In this document: piece after piece, positions 1 through 9,550 of the stretch
Position numbering within the stretch: position 1 is the first letter of the stretch
Layout: every line of letters begins with the position of its first letter
Origin: Pseudomonadota bacterium
Lineage (GTDB): Bacteria > Pseudomonadota > Alphaproteobacteria > MPNO01 > UBA2964
Reading direction: 5' to 3'
Assembly: GCA_036336885.1 (NCBI GenBank)
Contig: JAYZFG010000007.1
Coordinates: forward strand, 51,978-115,977
Length of the DNA stretch: 64,000 bases
Translations under genes and position numbers: made by a program
Notes under the pieces: model-generated
Database searches by the model: none
Told to the model about the DNA's origin: nothing
The model's input: the letters and a program-made list of their open reading frames with translations, nothing else

Positions 1-1130
1 TTTGGAGTAGCCTTATCAACAGTGATAATCGTTACCCGCAAAAGGCCGGTAAGGGGTTCATGGAGCGAAACCTTTTTTACCCCTTTAATTCCAAGTGCAT
101 CTCGTAAATGGGCAAGAAAGAGCGGCTCATAAGCCACCCGCTTGATCACACTTGATTCGGAAGGCGCTGCTTGGCTGATGTAAGAGGTCAAAATAGCATT
201 TTTACGGTGAGTGATCGCCGTAACCTGCATTGGCATGTTAAATTCTTCTAATGCAACGTGACCATGGCTCTCGCCGAACGGGCCCTCTGGTTCAACCATT
301 TCTGTATCAATAACACCCTCTATCACCAATTCAGATTCAGCAGGTACCAGTAAATCAACGGTCCGTGCTTTTACTAAATTGATAGGGGCCCCGGCCAATC
401 CTCCAGCAACACCTACCTCATCCATGTCCAGGGGTAGTTTCTGTGGGCCCATAAATGCGACCGTCGGGGGACAACCTAGGACAATAGCCACGGGCATTTT
501 TTTATCACCTCGTGCCTGGTGCTTTTTGTAATGGGCGTAACCTCCAGCCCCTCCAACTCGGGTGGCCATCCGGACCACCATCCGGTCAGATGCTTTCAAT
601 GCTGCGCGATAGGTCCCCATATTTTGTACACCTGTTTCAGGATCCTGCGTGACCACGTTCGTCGAGGTGAGAGTCGGCGCAGCATCAAATCCCGGCGTTG
701 AGACCGGTATTGGTAAAGAGTCAATTCCGCACCCCTCTCCCAGAAGAGCCTCGTCTTCTATGATGACTTCGTGGCAGGGAGCTTCCTTTATAACAACCGG
801 ATCAATCGGGTTCGCTATTGCGTCATCCCATTTTTTTCCAATTCCCTCCACCGGTACACCCATGCCAATACTGTAAATGTCCTGATTTGCCGCTAGGGCG
901 CCTACAACGATTGGAAGTTCATATTTACGACCCTTGGCGTTGACAACATTCTTGAAAAGGAAAGCCCTACGTTCGCTTTCCTTCAAGCCGCCGACGAACT
1001 GCCAACGGACAAGTGCGTGCATTTCTGAATCTTTATCTACGGGTTCATTTACGGTAACGAGAAGCCCAGCTTTGTCTAAGGCTTCTATGTGATCATGAAG
1101 ATCGGGATAGTCTCGTCTAGGGCTACTCAT
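1..1130 (-). CDS. UbiD-family (prFMN-dependent) aromatic acid decarboxylase, paralog 1. The start codon is at 1130 and the C-terminus runs off the window edge, so it is absent from the ORF track.
   Basis: Manual translation of the reverse strand from the ATG at 1130 gives MSSPRRDYPDLHDHIEALDKAGLLVTVNEP...VTQDPETGVQNMGTYRAAL...GPFGESHGHVALEEF..., the typical UbiD/3-octaprenyl-4-hydroxybenzoate carboxy-lyase fold pattern. The frame stays open to position 1. Confidence 0.8.
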   Translation of the reverse strand, partial: MSSPRRDYPDLHDHIEALDKAGLLVTVNEPVDKDSEMHALVRWQFVGGLKESERRAFLFKNVVNAKGRKYELPIVVGALAANQDIYSIGMGVPVEGIGKKWDDAIANPIDPVVIKEAPCHEVIIEDEALLGEGCGIDSLPIPVSTPGFDAAPTLTSTNVVTQDPETGVQNMGTYRAALKASDRMVVRMATRVGGAGGYAHYKKHQARGDKKMPVAIVLGCPPTVAFMGPQKLPLDMDEVGVAGGLAGAPINLVKARTVDLLVPAESELVIEGVIDTEMVEPEGPFGESHGHVALEEFNMPMQVTAITHRKNAILTSYISQAAPSESSVIKRVAYEPLFLAHLRDALGIKGVKKVSLHEPLTGLLRVTIITVDKATP

Positions 1131-1291
1131 TTTTATAACATCTCTTGTGGTCAATTTTGCTTTGAACCTGCCATACCACACAGTGACGTGTTGACAACCC
1201 CCCAGTCGCTCCATATCCATGGAAGCAATTCTTTAACTACTGAGTAATTCTTTTTATAGGCGCGATATTTGAAGTTAGATTTATAGACACT

Positions 1292-2173
1292 ATGAAAGCC
1301 GCTCCTTTTGATTACATCCGAGTAAATACACTGGATGAAGCCTGTAAGGCTCTCTCTGAATCTGGTGAGGACGCCCGAATTATTGCGGGAGGTCAAACAC
1401 TTGTGCCTTTAATGGCAATGCGTCTCGCCCGCCCGTCACTTTTGATAGACATAAATGACGTCGAAGAACTCTCAGGTATTTCTATTGAAGGCGAACACCT
1501 TGTGATAAAGGCTGGAACAAGACAGGTAAAAGCACTCTCTTCGGAAATTGTCAGAAAAAAAATACCCTTACTTGCTGAAGCGTTATCTCATGTTGGCCAT
1601 ACTCAAACGCGGAACCTCGGAACCGTAGGCGGCAGCTTAGTGAATGCTGACCCCTCCGCTGAGATTCCTTTGATAGCACAAACCCTGGAAGCCACGATCC
1701 TAGTACAAAGCGTGCGCGGCAAAAGAAGTATAGCCGCTAGTGAGTTTTTTGAGGCAGCAATGGTAACCTGCTTAGCCCCAGACGAATGTCTCGTCGAAGT
1801 TTGTTTTCCAATCTGGCCCGAAAAGAGGAATGGTTATGGATTTCACGAAGTGAGTATAAGAGACAGCGACTACGCCCTGGCTGCTGCCGCCGCACAGCTG
1901 ACATTGGACGGTAGTGATAACTGTAAAAAACTATCGTTATCCATTTGCGGAGCGTCGCCCACAGCAATTCGCCTAAAACCAGTGGAGGAATCACTGTTAG
2001 GAAAACCCCCTCTAAATCAGGTTATTGTTGAAGCCTGCGAAATTATAGACGATTTAATAGACCCACAGGCTGACGTGCACGCGGATGCCAACTATCGTGG
2101 CCGGGTTGCAAAGGTAATGGCTCGACGGGCCATTTCCGATGCGCGAGATCGGGCAAAAGGTTTTTTAAAATGA
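1292..2173 (+). CDS. Molybdenum hydroxylase medium (FAD-binding) subunit, CoxM/XdhB-like, module 1
   Basis: 293 aa with the FAD_binding_5 pattern: N-terminal F.Y....LDEA..L..SG.DARIIAGGQTL, then GTVGGSL. It overlaps the next gene by 4 bp. Confidence 0.85.
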   Translation: MKAAPFDYIRVNTLDEACKALSESGEDARIIAGGQTLVPLMAMRLARPSLLIDINDVEELSGISIEGEHLVIKAGTRQVKALSSEIVRKKIPLLAEALSHVGHTQTRNLGTVGGSLVNADPSAEIPLIAQTLEATILVQSVRGKRSIAASEFFEAAMVTCLAPDECLVEVCFPIWPEKRNGYGFHEVSIRDSDYALAAAAAQLTLDGSDNCKKLSLSICGASPTAIRLKPVEESLLGKPPLNQVIVEACEIIDDLIDPQADVHADANYRGRVAKVMARRAISDARDRAKGFLK

Positions 2174-2652
2174 GCGAGTATAAAATTACTTTGGAGTTGA
2201 ACGGTCACGAAGTCTCTGGCAACGCCGAAGCTCGGATAACATTGGTAGATTTTCTCCGAGACAACCTAGATCAGACGGGAACGCACATCGGCTGTGAACA
2301 CGGTGTCTGCGGTGCCTGCTCGGTTATCTTCGATGGCCGCCCAATTCGATCTTGCCTAATTTATGCTGTCATGGCGAATGGTCATAAAATTACGACGGTC
2401 GAGGGTCTTGAAAAGACAAATGGTGCACTTAGTCCATTACAAGATGCATTTTGGGAAAATCACGCGATGCAGTGTGGCTACTGTACCCCGGGGATGCTAA
2501 TAGCTACCCATGCCTTATTGCAGGAAAATCCGGACCCCAGTGACGAAGAAATCCGTGAAGCCATTGGGGGAAATCTCTGCCGATGTACGGGATACCAACA
2601 GATTATAGAGGCTGTCCAATCCGCTGCGAAAAAAATGCGGGAGATACCCTGA
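2170..2652 (+). CDS. Molybdenum hydroxylase small (2Fe-2S) subunit, CoxS/XdhA-like, module 1
   Basis: 160 aa with the two [2Fe-2S] cysteine clusters GCEHGVCGACSV and QCGYCTPGM...CRCTGY. Confidence 0.9.
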   Translation: MSEYKITLELNGHEVSGNAEARITLVDFLRDNLDQTGTHIGCEHGVCGACSVIFDGRPIRSCLIYAVMANGHKITTVEGLEKTNGALSPLQDAFWENHAMQCGYCTPGMLIATHALLQENPDPSDEEIREAIGGNLCRCTGYQQIIEAVQSAAKKMREIP

Positions 2653-5045
2653 TGGCTAGTGCATCAACAAATAGCGGATTTCGGTATATAACAAAAAAGC
2701 GCCGAGTTACCGAAGACCGAAGATTTGTCACTGGGCGTGGTAACTTTGCTGCAGATTATAAATTACCGGGAATGCTACATGTTGCTATGGTTACAAGTCC
2801 CTACGCCTGCGCGGAAATTAAATCTATCGACCCTGATGCTGCATTAGAGATCCCCGGTGTCCGGTACGTCCTGACTGGGGCTGAATTATTTGAAAATATC
2901 AATCCGCTCCTCTCCGGTCTGGATCTCCCCAACGTCAAACGTATACCCCTCGCGCATGAGCGCGCTCGATATGCTGGTGAATGGGTGGCAGCCGTGGTCG
3001 CAGAAACGCGTCATATAGCCGAAGATGCCGCAGAACTGGTTCAAGTGGACTACAACCCCATTGATTTTGTTATTGACCCAGAAGAGGCTATGAAGCCAGG
3101 GGCACCTATGGTTCATCCACAGCATGGAAGCAACATTCTATGTGATAAAACTTGGAATTGGGGTGACGTCGATAAAGATTTTTCTGAGGCATCCAATACT
3201 ATAGCTTTTCGAGTGAAATGGAGTAGAAATTCAACCATTCCGATCGAAACATTTGTGGTTACAGCCAAGTGGGATGAGGGCAAGGAGGTGCTGGACGTTT
3301 GGGCATCCATCCAGATGCCTAAATACCCCGAGCAAATAGCTAGAGCATTAAGCCTGCCCGTTAACGCAATAAACGTACATTTCGATGTTGATGTTGGTGG
3401 CTCATATGGGCTAAAGCGCGGCATAAGGCAAACGGTTATTGTCAGCTATTTAACACGGAAGCTGCGTGCACCAGTTCGTTTTAATGAAGACCGACTGGAA
3501 AATTTATCTGGAGGCGAAATGCACGGCCCAGATCGAATTTTCGACATGGAAGCCGCATACGAGGATGATGGGGTTATTAGTTCAATTCGCATAAAAGCTA
3601 CAGATGATGCAGGGTGTTATCCTGGCCGCGCACCCCTTCAACTGGGAAAACCGGTCAGCGCAATTGTTGGCCCCTATCGTATAAAAAGCGCTTCTTACAA
3701 TGCAATCTCCGTGACAACAAATAAAACCAGTCAAGAAGCCGTTCGCGGATTTGGACAGGCACCGACAAATTTCGCCATCGAAACAATGGTAGACAAGGTC
3801 GCTTTTGAACTTGGACTGGGTCGGGACGAAATTAGGCGCCGAAACCTCATCCGGTCGGATGAGTTTCCTTATCGAATTCCATCAGGTTCTGAATACGACA
3901 GTGGAGATTATCATAATGTCCTCTCAAAGCTGCAGAAAACTGCTGACTGGGATGGACTTATTGCCAAAAGAAATAAATTGCGAAATTCCGGAAAACTGGC
4001 TGGCGTTGGACTTTCGACTTGTCTTGAACCCTCTGGAGGAAACTCATCATTTGAGCCTTTCCTCAACCCAAAAAATGATACAACCACGTGGATGGAATCA
4101 TGCTTGATCAAGGTTGATATGCTGGGGTCAATTACCGCTATGATGGGAACGTCTACCTCTGGTCAGGGCCACGAAACCTTACTCTCAACTGTAATAGGCG
4201 AAGTACTTGAACGCGATCCGGATAGTGTCCGCGCAGTTCACTCCGAATCTCTTGGGGCGTTACCTTCAAATAGCCCGGTTGGCAGCCGAATGGCTATTAT
4301 GCTCGGAGGGGCCGCCGCGGGCGCAGCAGATAAAATTAAGAAACAACTTCTTGAAATTGCGGCCCATAACTTTCAACTGCCTGTTGAACGGTTGGTTTAT
4401 ATTGACGGAGATATTTCAGTCGACGGTGACCCCGAAAAACTAATGACGTGGAACACGCTAGTGGATATAGCCCATCGCAATTATCACAAAATGCCATTGG
4501 GCTCAGAACCAGGGTTACAAGCTCAACACACCTGGGAGGTGCCGACCGGTGGTGCGTTACCAGCAGAAGACGGTACCGTTCAAATGTACCCCTGTTATGC
4601 TTTCGAGGCTCATATTCCCCTGGTTACCATTGATCCGGAAACAGGTCAGGTGGAGATTTTAGACTACTACATGGGTCATGATTGCGGAACCGTCTTAAAC
4701 CCAGATATCGTCCGGGGCATGACATTGGGTGGAATTGCCCACGGTATTGGTGCGGCGCTATATGAAAAATTTGAGTATGATGAGGGGGGGCAACATTTGT
4801 CGGGTTCTTTCATGGATTATCTTCTCCCATCATCTCATGAAATTCCTCATATCGAGATGATCAAACATTACACGCCATCACCGTTGACTACGTTCGGCCA
4901 AAAGGGTTCTGGCGAATCGGGATACCTCGGTACCCCGGCAGCTATTGCTGGCGCTGTCAATGATGCACTATCTCCACTTGGAAAATCTATCGAAACAATT
5001 CCAATGCGGGTTCGCGATATCGAATCCCTTATCAATAGTCAGTAG
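2652..5045 (+). CDS. Molybdenum hydroxylase large (molybdopterin-binding) subunit, xanthine dehydrogenase/aldehyde oxidase family, module 1
   Basis: ~797 aa containing GGSYGLK (equivalent to the GGGFGxK Mo-site region) and a C-terminal GESG motif. The start is set at ATG 2652, which overlaps the upstream TGA. The 2583 start in the ORF track would overlap the 2Fe-2S gene. Confidence 0.85.
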   Translation: MASASTNSGFRYITKKRRVTEDRRFVTGRGNFAADYKLPGMLHVAMVTSPYACAEIKSIDPDAALEIPGVRYVLTGAELFENINPLLSGLDLPNVKRIPLAHERARYAGEWVAAVVAETRHIAEDAAELVQVDYNPIDFVIDPEEAMKPGAPMVHPQHGSNILCDKTWNWGDVDKDFSEASNTIAFRVKWSRNSTIPIETFVVTAKWDEGKEVLDVWASIQMPKYPEQIARALSLPVNAINVHFDVDVGGSYGLKRGIRQTVIVSYLTRKLRAPVRFNEDRLENLSGGEMHGPDRIFDMEAAYEDDGVISSIRIKATDDAGCYPGRAPLQLGKPVSAIVGPYRIKSASYNAISVTTNKTSQEAVRGFGQAPTNFAIETMVDKVAFELGLGRDEIRRRNLIRSDEFPYRIPSGSEYDSGDYHNVLSKLQKTADWDGLIAKRNKLRNSGKLAGVGLSTCLEPSGGNSSFEPFLNPKNDTTTWMESCLIKVDMLGSITAMMGTSTSGQGHETLLSTVIGEVLERDPDSVRAVHSESLGALPSNSPVGSRMAIMLGGAAAGAADKIKKQLLEIAAHNFQLPVERLVYIDGDISVDGDPEKLMTWNTLVDIAHRNYHKMPLGSEPGLQAQHTWEVPTGGALPAEDGTVQMYPCYAFEAHIPLVTIDPETGQVEILDYYMGHDCGTVLNPDIVRGMTLGGIAHGIGAALYEKFEYDEGGQHLSGSFMDYLLPSSHEIPHIEMIKHYTPSPLTTFGQKGSGESGYLGTPAAIAGAVNDALSPLGKSIETIPMRVRDIESLINSQ

Positions 5046-5078
5046 GAACAGACTGAATTTTAAAACTCGAGGGAACAC

Positions 5079-5801
5079 ATGGGTAATGAACTTATAATTA
5101 AACAAAATGGACGGATTTTAGAAGCAACCTTCAACCGAGAGGATAATTCCTGCTCTGATGCCATGGCGGCTGAACTCTCGGCTTCCATGCTGTCAGCGCA
5201 TGAGACATCCGATATGGTTTTACTAAGGAGTACTGGGCCAGACTTTTGTACAGGTCGGGCCAGAAATGCTGACGCTGGAAAACCCGATCCAGAAGCATAC
5301 AAACGTAGACCGGAATACGACTCTATTTTCAACTGCTATAAAGCTATCCGAAATTCGCAAGTTCCGATCGTCGGTGTCATTGAAGGTCGCTGCATGGGAT
5401 TTGGAACAGCTGTGGCTTCGCTTTGTGACGTTTCTTTCGCCAGCAGCACCGCAACTTTCAATATTCCGGAAATAGAACACAACGTCATGCCTACTATGGT
5501 TATGTCGGCGCTATACGACCGCATAAATAGGAATGCAATTTTATGGATGACTTACACCGCACAATTTATCGATGCTGAACGGGCATTATCGTATGGCCTC
5601 GTCAGCCACGTGGTCAATGCCGATAGAGTAAATACCGAAGTCGACGAATTTTGCAAAATTCTTTTAAGCCGGCCCCGCCCGGCGATCTTGGGTCTCAAAG
5701 AATACCTCCACGTTGCTCCTAGGATGGACGAACTGGGCGCTATCGACTATGCGCGTGCCCTGCACTCCATGGTTAATACGGCGTCCGATATGAAAAAATA
5801 A
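5079..5801 (+). CDS. Enoyl-CoA hydratase/isomerase (crotonase-fold) family protein
   Basis: 240 aa with the crotonase oxyanion-hole-like segments TGPDFCTGRARN and GRCMGFGTAVASLCDV. There is an RBS-like GAGGGAA upstream. Confidence 0.7.
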   Translation: MGNELIIKQNGRILEATFNREDNSCSDAMAAELSASMLSAHETSDMVLLRSTGPDFCTGRARNADAGKPDPEAYKRRPEYDSIFNCYKAIRNSQVPIVGVIEGRCMGFGTAVASLCDVSFASSTATFNIPEIEHNVMPTMVMSALYDRINRNAILWMTYTAQFIDAERALSYGLVSHVVNADRVNTEVDEFCKILLSRPRPAILGLKEYLHVAPRMDELGAIDYARALHSMVNTASDMKK

Positions 5802-5809
5802 GTGATGTC

Positions 5810-6805
5810 ATGATAATCGATACCCATGCCCACTACCTTCCACAAACGATGCTGGAAAACCTGAATAATCATCGGTCTATGTTCCCGAATATTGATTGTA
5901 TGAATGAGGACGGCATATGGAAACTGGGCTTTGCTGGAGGCTCTCTTACGCGCCCAATACTCCCGGGGCTACGTCAGGCGGAATCCAGGCTTCAATGGAT
6001 GAACGAACAAAAAATTGATGTAATGGTTTGCGGCGGTTGGCTCGATAGTTTTGGATACGAGATCCCTGATGATGAAGGGAAGCGTTGGAGCCAATTTATA
6101 AATGATCACCTCTTGCAAGCCTGCTCTGAAACCGAGCGGTTTGCTCCTCTCTGCAGTGTTCCCCTGCAAAATGGTAAGATGGCTGCCGAGATTTTAGAGC
6201 AAGCGATCGACACAGGATTTCATGGGGTAATGATTGGGACCCAACCGAAAGGTGGGGAGGGTAATTTAGATGATCCAATCCTTGACCCGTTTTGGGAGTT
6301 AGCGTCAGATCGGAAAGCAACCATTTATTTACATCCAATGTTTGGATGCGGCGATCCTCGTCTTCTCGATTACGGTCTGGTAAATACAGTTGGGCGCGGC
6401 CTGGACACAATTTCCGCCATGTCTCGACTAATATTTGCCGGACACTTGAAAAAATATCCGGGCATGAATTTTGTCCTTAGTCACGGTGGTGGCGGCCTAC
6501 CCTTTTTACTCGGTCGCATGCAGATGAATCACGACCAAAACCCTAAATTGGGAAACCCCCGGGAAAGCTTGGAGACATGCTATTACGATACAGTTGTCCA
6601 TGATGTGAAAACGTTAGAATTCGTATGCCGAATGTTTGGGCCTGATAGGGTAATGATGGGATCAGATTATCCCTTCAGCTTTGGTGACCTCGAACCATGC
6701 AAAATAATCGAAGAGAGCAAACTTGCGGATAAAGAAAAGCAAGATATTTTGGGTAACGTGGCAAAACGCGTGTTCCATATAGAAAATTGTAGTTGTAATC
6801 ATTAA
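5810..6805 (+). CDS. Amidohydrolase-2 family (ACMSD/LigW/gamma-resorcylate-type) metal-dependent decarboxylase or hydratase
   Basis: 331 aa with N-terminal MIIDTHAHYLP (HxH metal ligands), an internal LSHGGGGLP and a C-terminal MMGSDYPF (the Asp ligand). These are hallmarks of PF04909. Confidence 0.8.
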   Translation: MIIDTHAHYLPQTMLENLNNHRSMFPNIDCMNEDGIWKLGFAGGSLTRPILPGLRQAESRLQWMNEQKIDVMVCGGWLDSFGYEIPDDEGKRWSQFINDHLLQACSETERFAPLCSVPLQNGKMAAEILEQAIDTGFHGVMIGTQPKGGEGNLDDPILDPFWELASDRKATIYLHPMFGCGDPRLLDYGLVNTVGRGLDTISAMSRLIFAGHLKKYPGMNFVLSHGGGGLPFLLGRMQMNHDQNPKLGNPRESLETCYYDTVVHDVKTLEFVCRMFGPDRVMMGSDYPFSFGDLEPCKIIEESKLADKEKQDILGNVAKRVFHIENCSCNH

Positions 6806-6865
6806 TAACAATAAGATTACCCAACAAATTATAGAAATTGGTGATCGCAAGGGAACCTTGGAAAA

Positions 6866-8056
6866 GTGAAAATGAGCCGATTAGACCACTGTTACAATAT
6901 TGCAGACTTGAGAAATGCAGCCAAGAAACGCCTTCCACGGGGTGTATTTGATTATATTGACAAGGGAACCGAGGACATGATGTCTCTCGGTAATAACCGC
7001 AAGGCAATAACTGATATAAAATTACTGAACAAAGTCATTACGGATATTTCTGATGTAAAGCTAGATTCAAATATTTTTGATCGTGCCGCCGCAATGCCAC
7101 TTGCCATTGCACCAACCGGCACGGCGGGTTTGGCTTGGTATGAGGGTGAGTTTGAACTCGCAAAAGCAGCAGCGAAGACAGGTGTTCCCTTTACGCTGGC
7201 TACCGGCTCAAACACTCCGATGGAGAAACTTGCGAATGAGGCGGGCGGTCGACTGTGGATGCAACTATACATGTGGAAAGAAAAACACTACTCGGATGAC
7301 CTGGTCCGAAAAGCGGCACGAAACGGTTTTGAAGCATTACTATGGACGGTGGATATAGGACATGGTGCCAACCGGGAACATAACCTTCGTAACGGATTTG
7401 CTACGCCTTATGTTTTAAACACAAAGTCCGTCATTGACATGCTTCGTCACCCCGCATGGCTATCCACTGTTATGGGCCGATACTTCATAAATGGGGGTAT
7501 GCCGCGTCATGTTAACTATCCTGAAGGATATCAGATGCCAATTACTGGCAATGTGTCAAAAATGGAAGATAAAAAACCGACTACCAAACGGGCGGATAAG
7601 TTGTCTTGGGATGACGTTGACCGGTTAAGAGACATATTCCCAGGAAAGCTCTTAATAAAAGGTATTATGCGGCCAGATGATGCTGCTGAAGCTATTGAAC
7701 ATGGGGTGGATGGGATTGTTATATCAAATCATGGCGGACGTAATATGGACAGTGCGCCCGCTCCGATCCAAGTTCTTCCGGACATTGTAAAAGCTGTTGA
7801 AGGAAAAATGACAATTATTGTTGATAGCGGCGTGCGCCGTGGCAGTGACGTCGTAAAATATTTGGCGCTGGGCGCTGACGCAGTCCTTGCAGGACGTGCA
7901 ACACTCTATGGAACGGCAGCGGGTGGCGAAGCTGGGGCAATAAAAGCCATAAATCTCCTGAAAGATGAGATGAAAAGAACTATGGCCTATATTGGCACGC
8001 AACGCGTTACCGACATCAGTAGCGACGCTATTTGGAAGAATTCTTTACCCTCTTAG
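6866..8056 (+). CDS. FMN-dependent alpha-hydroxy acid dehydrogenase/oxidase (L-lactate, glycolate or mandelate dehydrogenase family)
   Basis: 396 aa with the VISNHGGRNMD active-site motif, DSGVRRGSDVVKYLALGA, and an inserted loop typical of the membrane-associated LldD/MdlB type. Confidence 0.85.
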   Translation: MKMSRLDHCYNIADLRNAAKKRLPRGVFDYIDKGTEDMMSLGNNRKAITDIKLLNKVITDISDVKLDSNIFDRAAAMPLAIAPTGTAGLAWYEGEFELAKAAAKTGVPFTLATGSNTPMEKLANEAGGRLWMQLYMWKEKHYSDDLVRKAARNGFEALLWTVDIGHGANREHNLRNGFATPYVLNTKSVIDMLRHPAWLSTVMGRYFINGGMPRHVNYPEGYQMPITGNVSKMEDKKPTTKRADKLSWDDVDRLRDIFPGKLLIKGIMRPDDAAEAIEHGVDGIVISNHGGRNMDSAPAPIQVLPDIVKAVEGKMTIIVDSGVRRGSDVVKYLALGADAVLAGRATLYGTAAGGEAGAIKAINLLKDEMKRTMAYIGTQRVTDISSDAIWKNSLPS

Positions 8057-9453
8057 TCTAAAATCTCTTCCAGGTTAATACGATCCCACACTTCCTTTGG
8101 TGGCTTAATTGGTTCCTCAAAATCAAGAGTTGCAGGGCGAGTTGCATCTATAATAACCTTAGTGTTCATAGGACCAGATTCTGTGCGCACCTCCCCGTAC
8201 GCTGCCGGGTTTAAGTGAGATCCCATTGCGTTTGGTATTATTGCAAGATCTCTATCTGCTTCAAAAGTGGTTCCAATCGCCCATAACACGCGCTCCTCGT
8301 TATAGATATCGATATCATCGTCAACCACAATTGCAATTTTAATATTTGGATTCGCCGTCAATGCCGCCATGCCCGCTGACTTTCCCTCACCAGGCACGCG
8401 TTTTTTTATGGATACATACACGGTAAAGCGACAAGAACCCGATACCGGCATATAAACACCGGTAACAGTTGGGCAAAGATGTTTAACGCTATCGTAAACG
8501 GTACTTTCGAGACCTAGTGCGCCAGCCAAGTTATGCTCTTGATGAGCAGGATCGAGATCGTGAAATATTGCATCTTCTCTCATAGTGACTGCCGTAACCT
8601 TCATCATCCCAACTGGGTCCTTAGCCGGTCCATAATACCCCGTGAATTCTGCGAAGGGACCGTCTTTGGTCTCATGGGCGGGGTCTAAATAGCCTTCAAT
8701 GGCGATCTCCGCAAATGCTGGAACTGGAATATCAACAGTTTCGCCGTCGACAACCTCTAGGGGCTCCCCAAGCAATCCTCCCATTACCTCCAACTCACTT
8801 AAATCCATTGGCCCTTCACATAATGTACCAATAAGAGCAGCCGGGTGATGACCCAGAAAGAGGACCGCCTCCATCCGTTTGTTCAGTTCTTTGTAGCGCC
8901 GGTAAATATAGCCCGCGTGATGAGCTGGATTAAACATGCATCCAAGCAAATTTTTACCCTGCAGCTCGTGTCGATACATTCCTGCATTAAGTACTCCTGT
9001 ATCAGGATCTTTAACTACCAAGACACCAACGGTAATATACTTACCAGAATCATTTTCAGCGTGATGAACGATAGGGAGTTTTGACAAGTCAACATCATCA
9101 TTCATAAAGACGCGTTGTTTTACAGGGGCTTGGGACCTCTCAACTGATTTAGTGGGAAGGGGTTTTGCTTCTCTTTCAATGAAACGTTGAAGGATTGAAC
9201 TCTTCGGTTCAAGAGGATCAACGCCTAAAGCGAGACCAAGTAAATCGTAACTCCCAAAAACATTGGTCACCAATGGATGCTCGGAGCCATTTACCTTTTC
9301 ACAACGAATTACCGGATAGCGCCCCTCTGCGGCCAATTTTTGTTGTATTACACAAGGCTCAAAAATAGGATCAACCGGCTTTGAGACATTAGCGTAAAAG
9401 GCGGAACCTAATTGCCTCGCTTCACCGATAAATGATCTTAGATCTTTATTCAT
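8053..9453 (-). CDS. UbiD-family decarboxylase, paralog 2
   Basis: 466 aa: ...VVKDPDTGVLNAGMYRHEL...KDGPFAEFTGYYG...IAIVVDDDIDIYNEERVLWAI... It is convergent with the upstream plus-strand operon, with a 4-bp overlap. Confidence 0.85.
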   Translation of the reverse strand: MNKDLRSFIGEARQLGSAFYANVSKPVDPIFEPCVIQQKLAAEGRYPVIRCEKVNGSEHPLVTNVFGSYDLLGLALGVDPLEPKSSILQRFIEREAKPLPTKSVERSQAPVKQRVFMNDDVDLSKLPIVHHAENDSGKYITVGVLVVKDPDTGVLNAGMYRHELQGKNLLGCMFNPAHHAGYIYRRYKELNKRMEAVLFLGHHPAALIGTLCEGPMDLSELEVMGGLLGEPLEVVDGETVDIPVPAFAEIAIEGYLDPAHETKDGPFAEFTGYYGPAKDPVGMMKVTAVTMREDAIFHDLDPAHQEHNLAGALGLESTVYDSVKHLCPTVTGVYMPVSGSCRFTVYVSIKKRVPGEGKSAGMAALTANPNIKIAIVVDDDIDIYNEERVLWAIGTTFEADRDLAIIPNAMGSHLNPAAYGEVRTESGPMNTKVIIDATRPATLDFEEPIKPPKEVWDRINLEEILD

Positions 9454-9550
9454 TTTAATATTCCGAGCATTTATAAAGTTATTTCGGTAGATACTTTACT
9501 ACATAACGCGATTATTAACATTTTGATACAGTTTTAGACTATCGAAAGAA

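Noticed and set aside
2583-2651. Upstream extension of the Mo hydroxylase large-subunit ORF (MYGIPTDYRGCPIRCEKNAGDTL...) overlapping the 2Fe-2S gene
   Set aside because: It is in a different frame from the 2Fe-2S gene and overlaps it by 70 bp. ATG 2652 overlaps the upstream TGA (ATGA), the usual coupling arrangement in this window. The same logic applies to 38277..38417 upstream of the DUF427 gene.
3113-3424. Antisense and shadow ORFs inside large genes
   Set aside because: Examples are 2886..3125, 3113..3424, 6675..7007, 12073..12357, 33495..33824, 34922..35464, 36463..36870, 43659..44372, 49933..50388 and 62177..62518. All lie wholly within strongly supported CDSs on the opposite strand or in an alternative frame. 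They have no RBS and no recognisable domains, so they are treated as spurious.
1292-5045. Carbon monoxide dehydrogenase (CoxMSL) identity for the Mo hydroxylase operons
   Set aside because: The large subunits lack the CODH active-site loops (AYXCSFR in form I, AYRGAGR in form II); the closest segments read PYRIKSA and NYRATTQ. No coxDEFG accessory genes are present. A generic xanthine-dehydrogenase-family hydroxylase is the better call.
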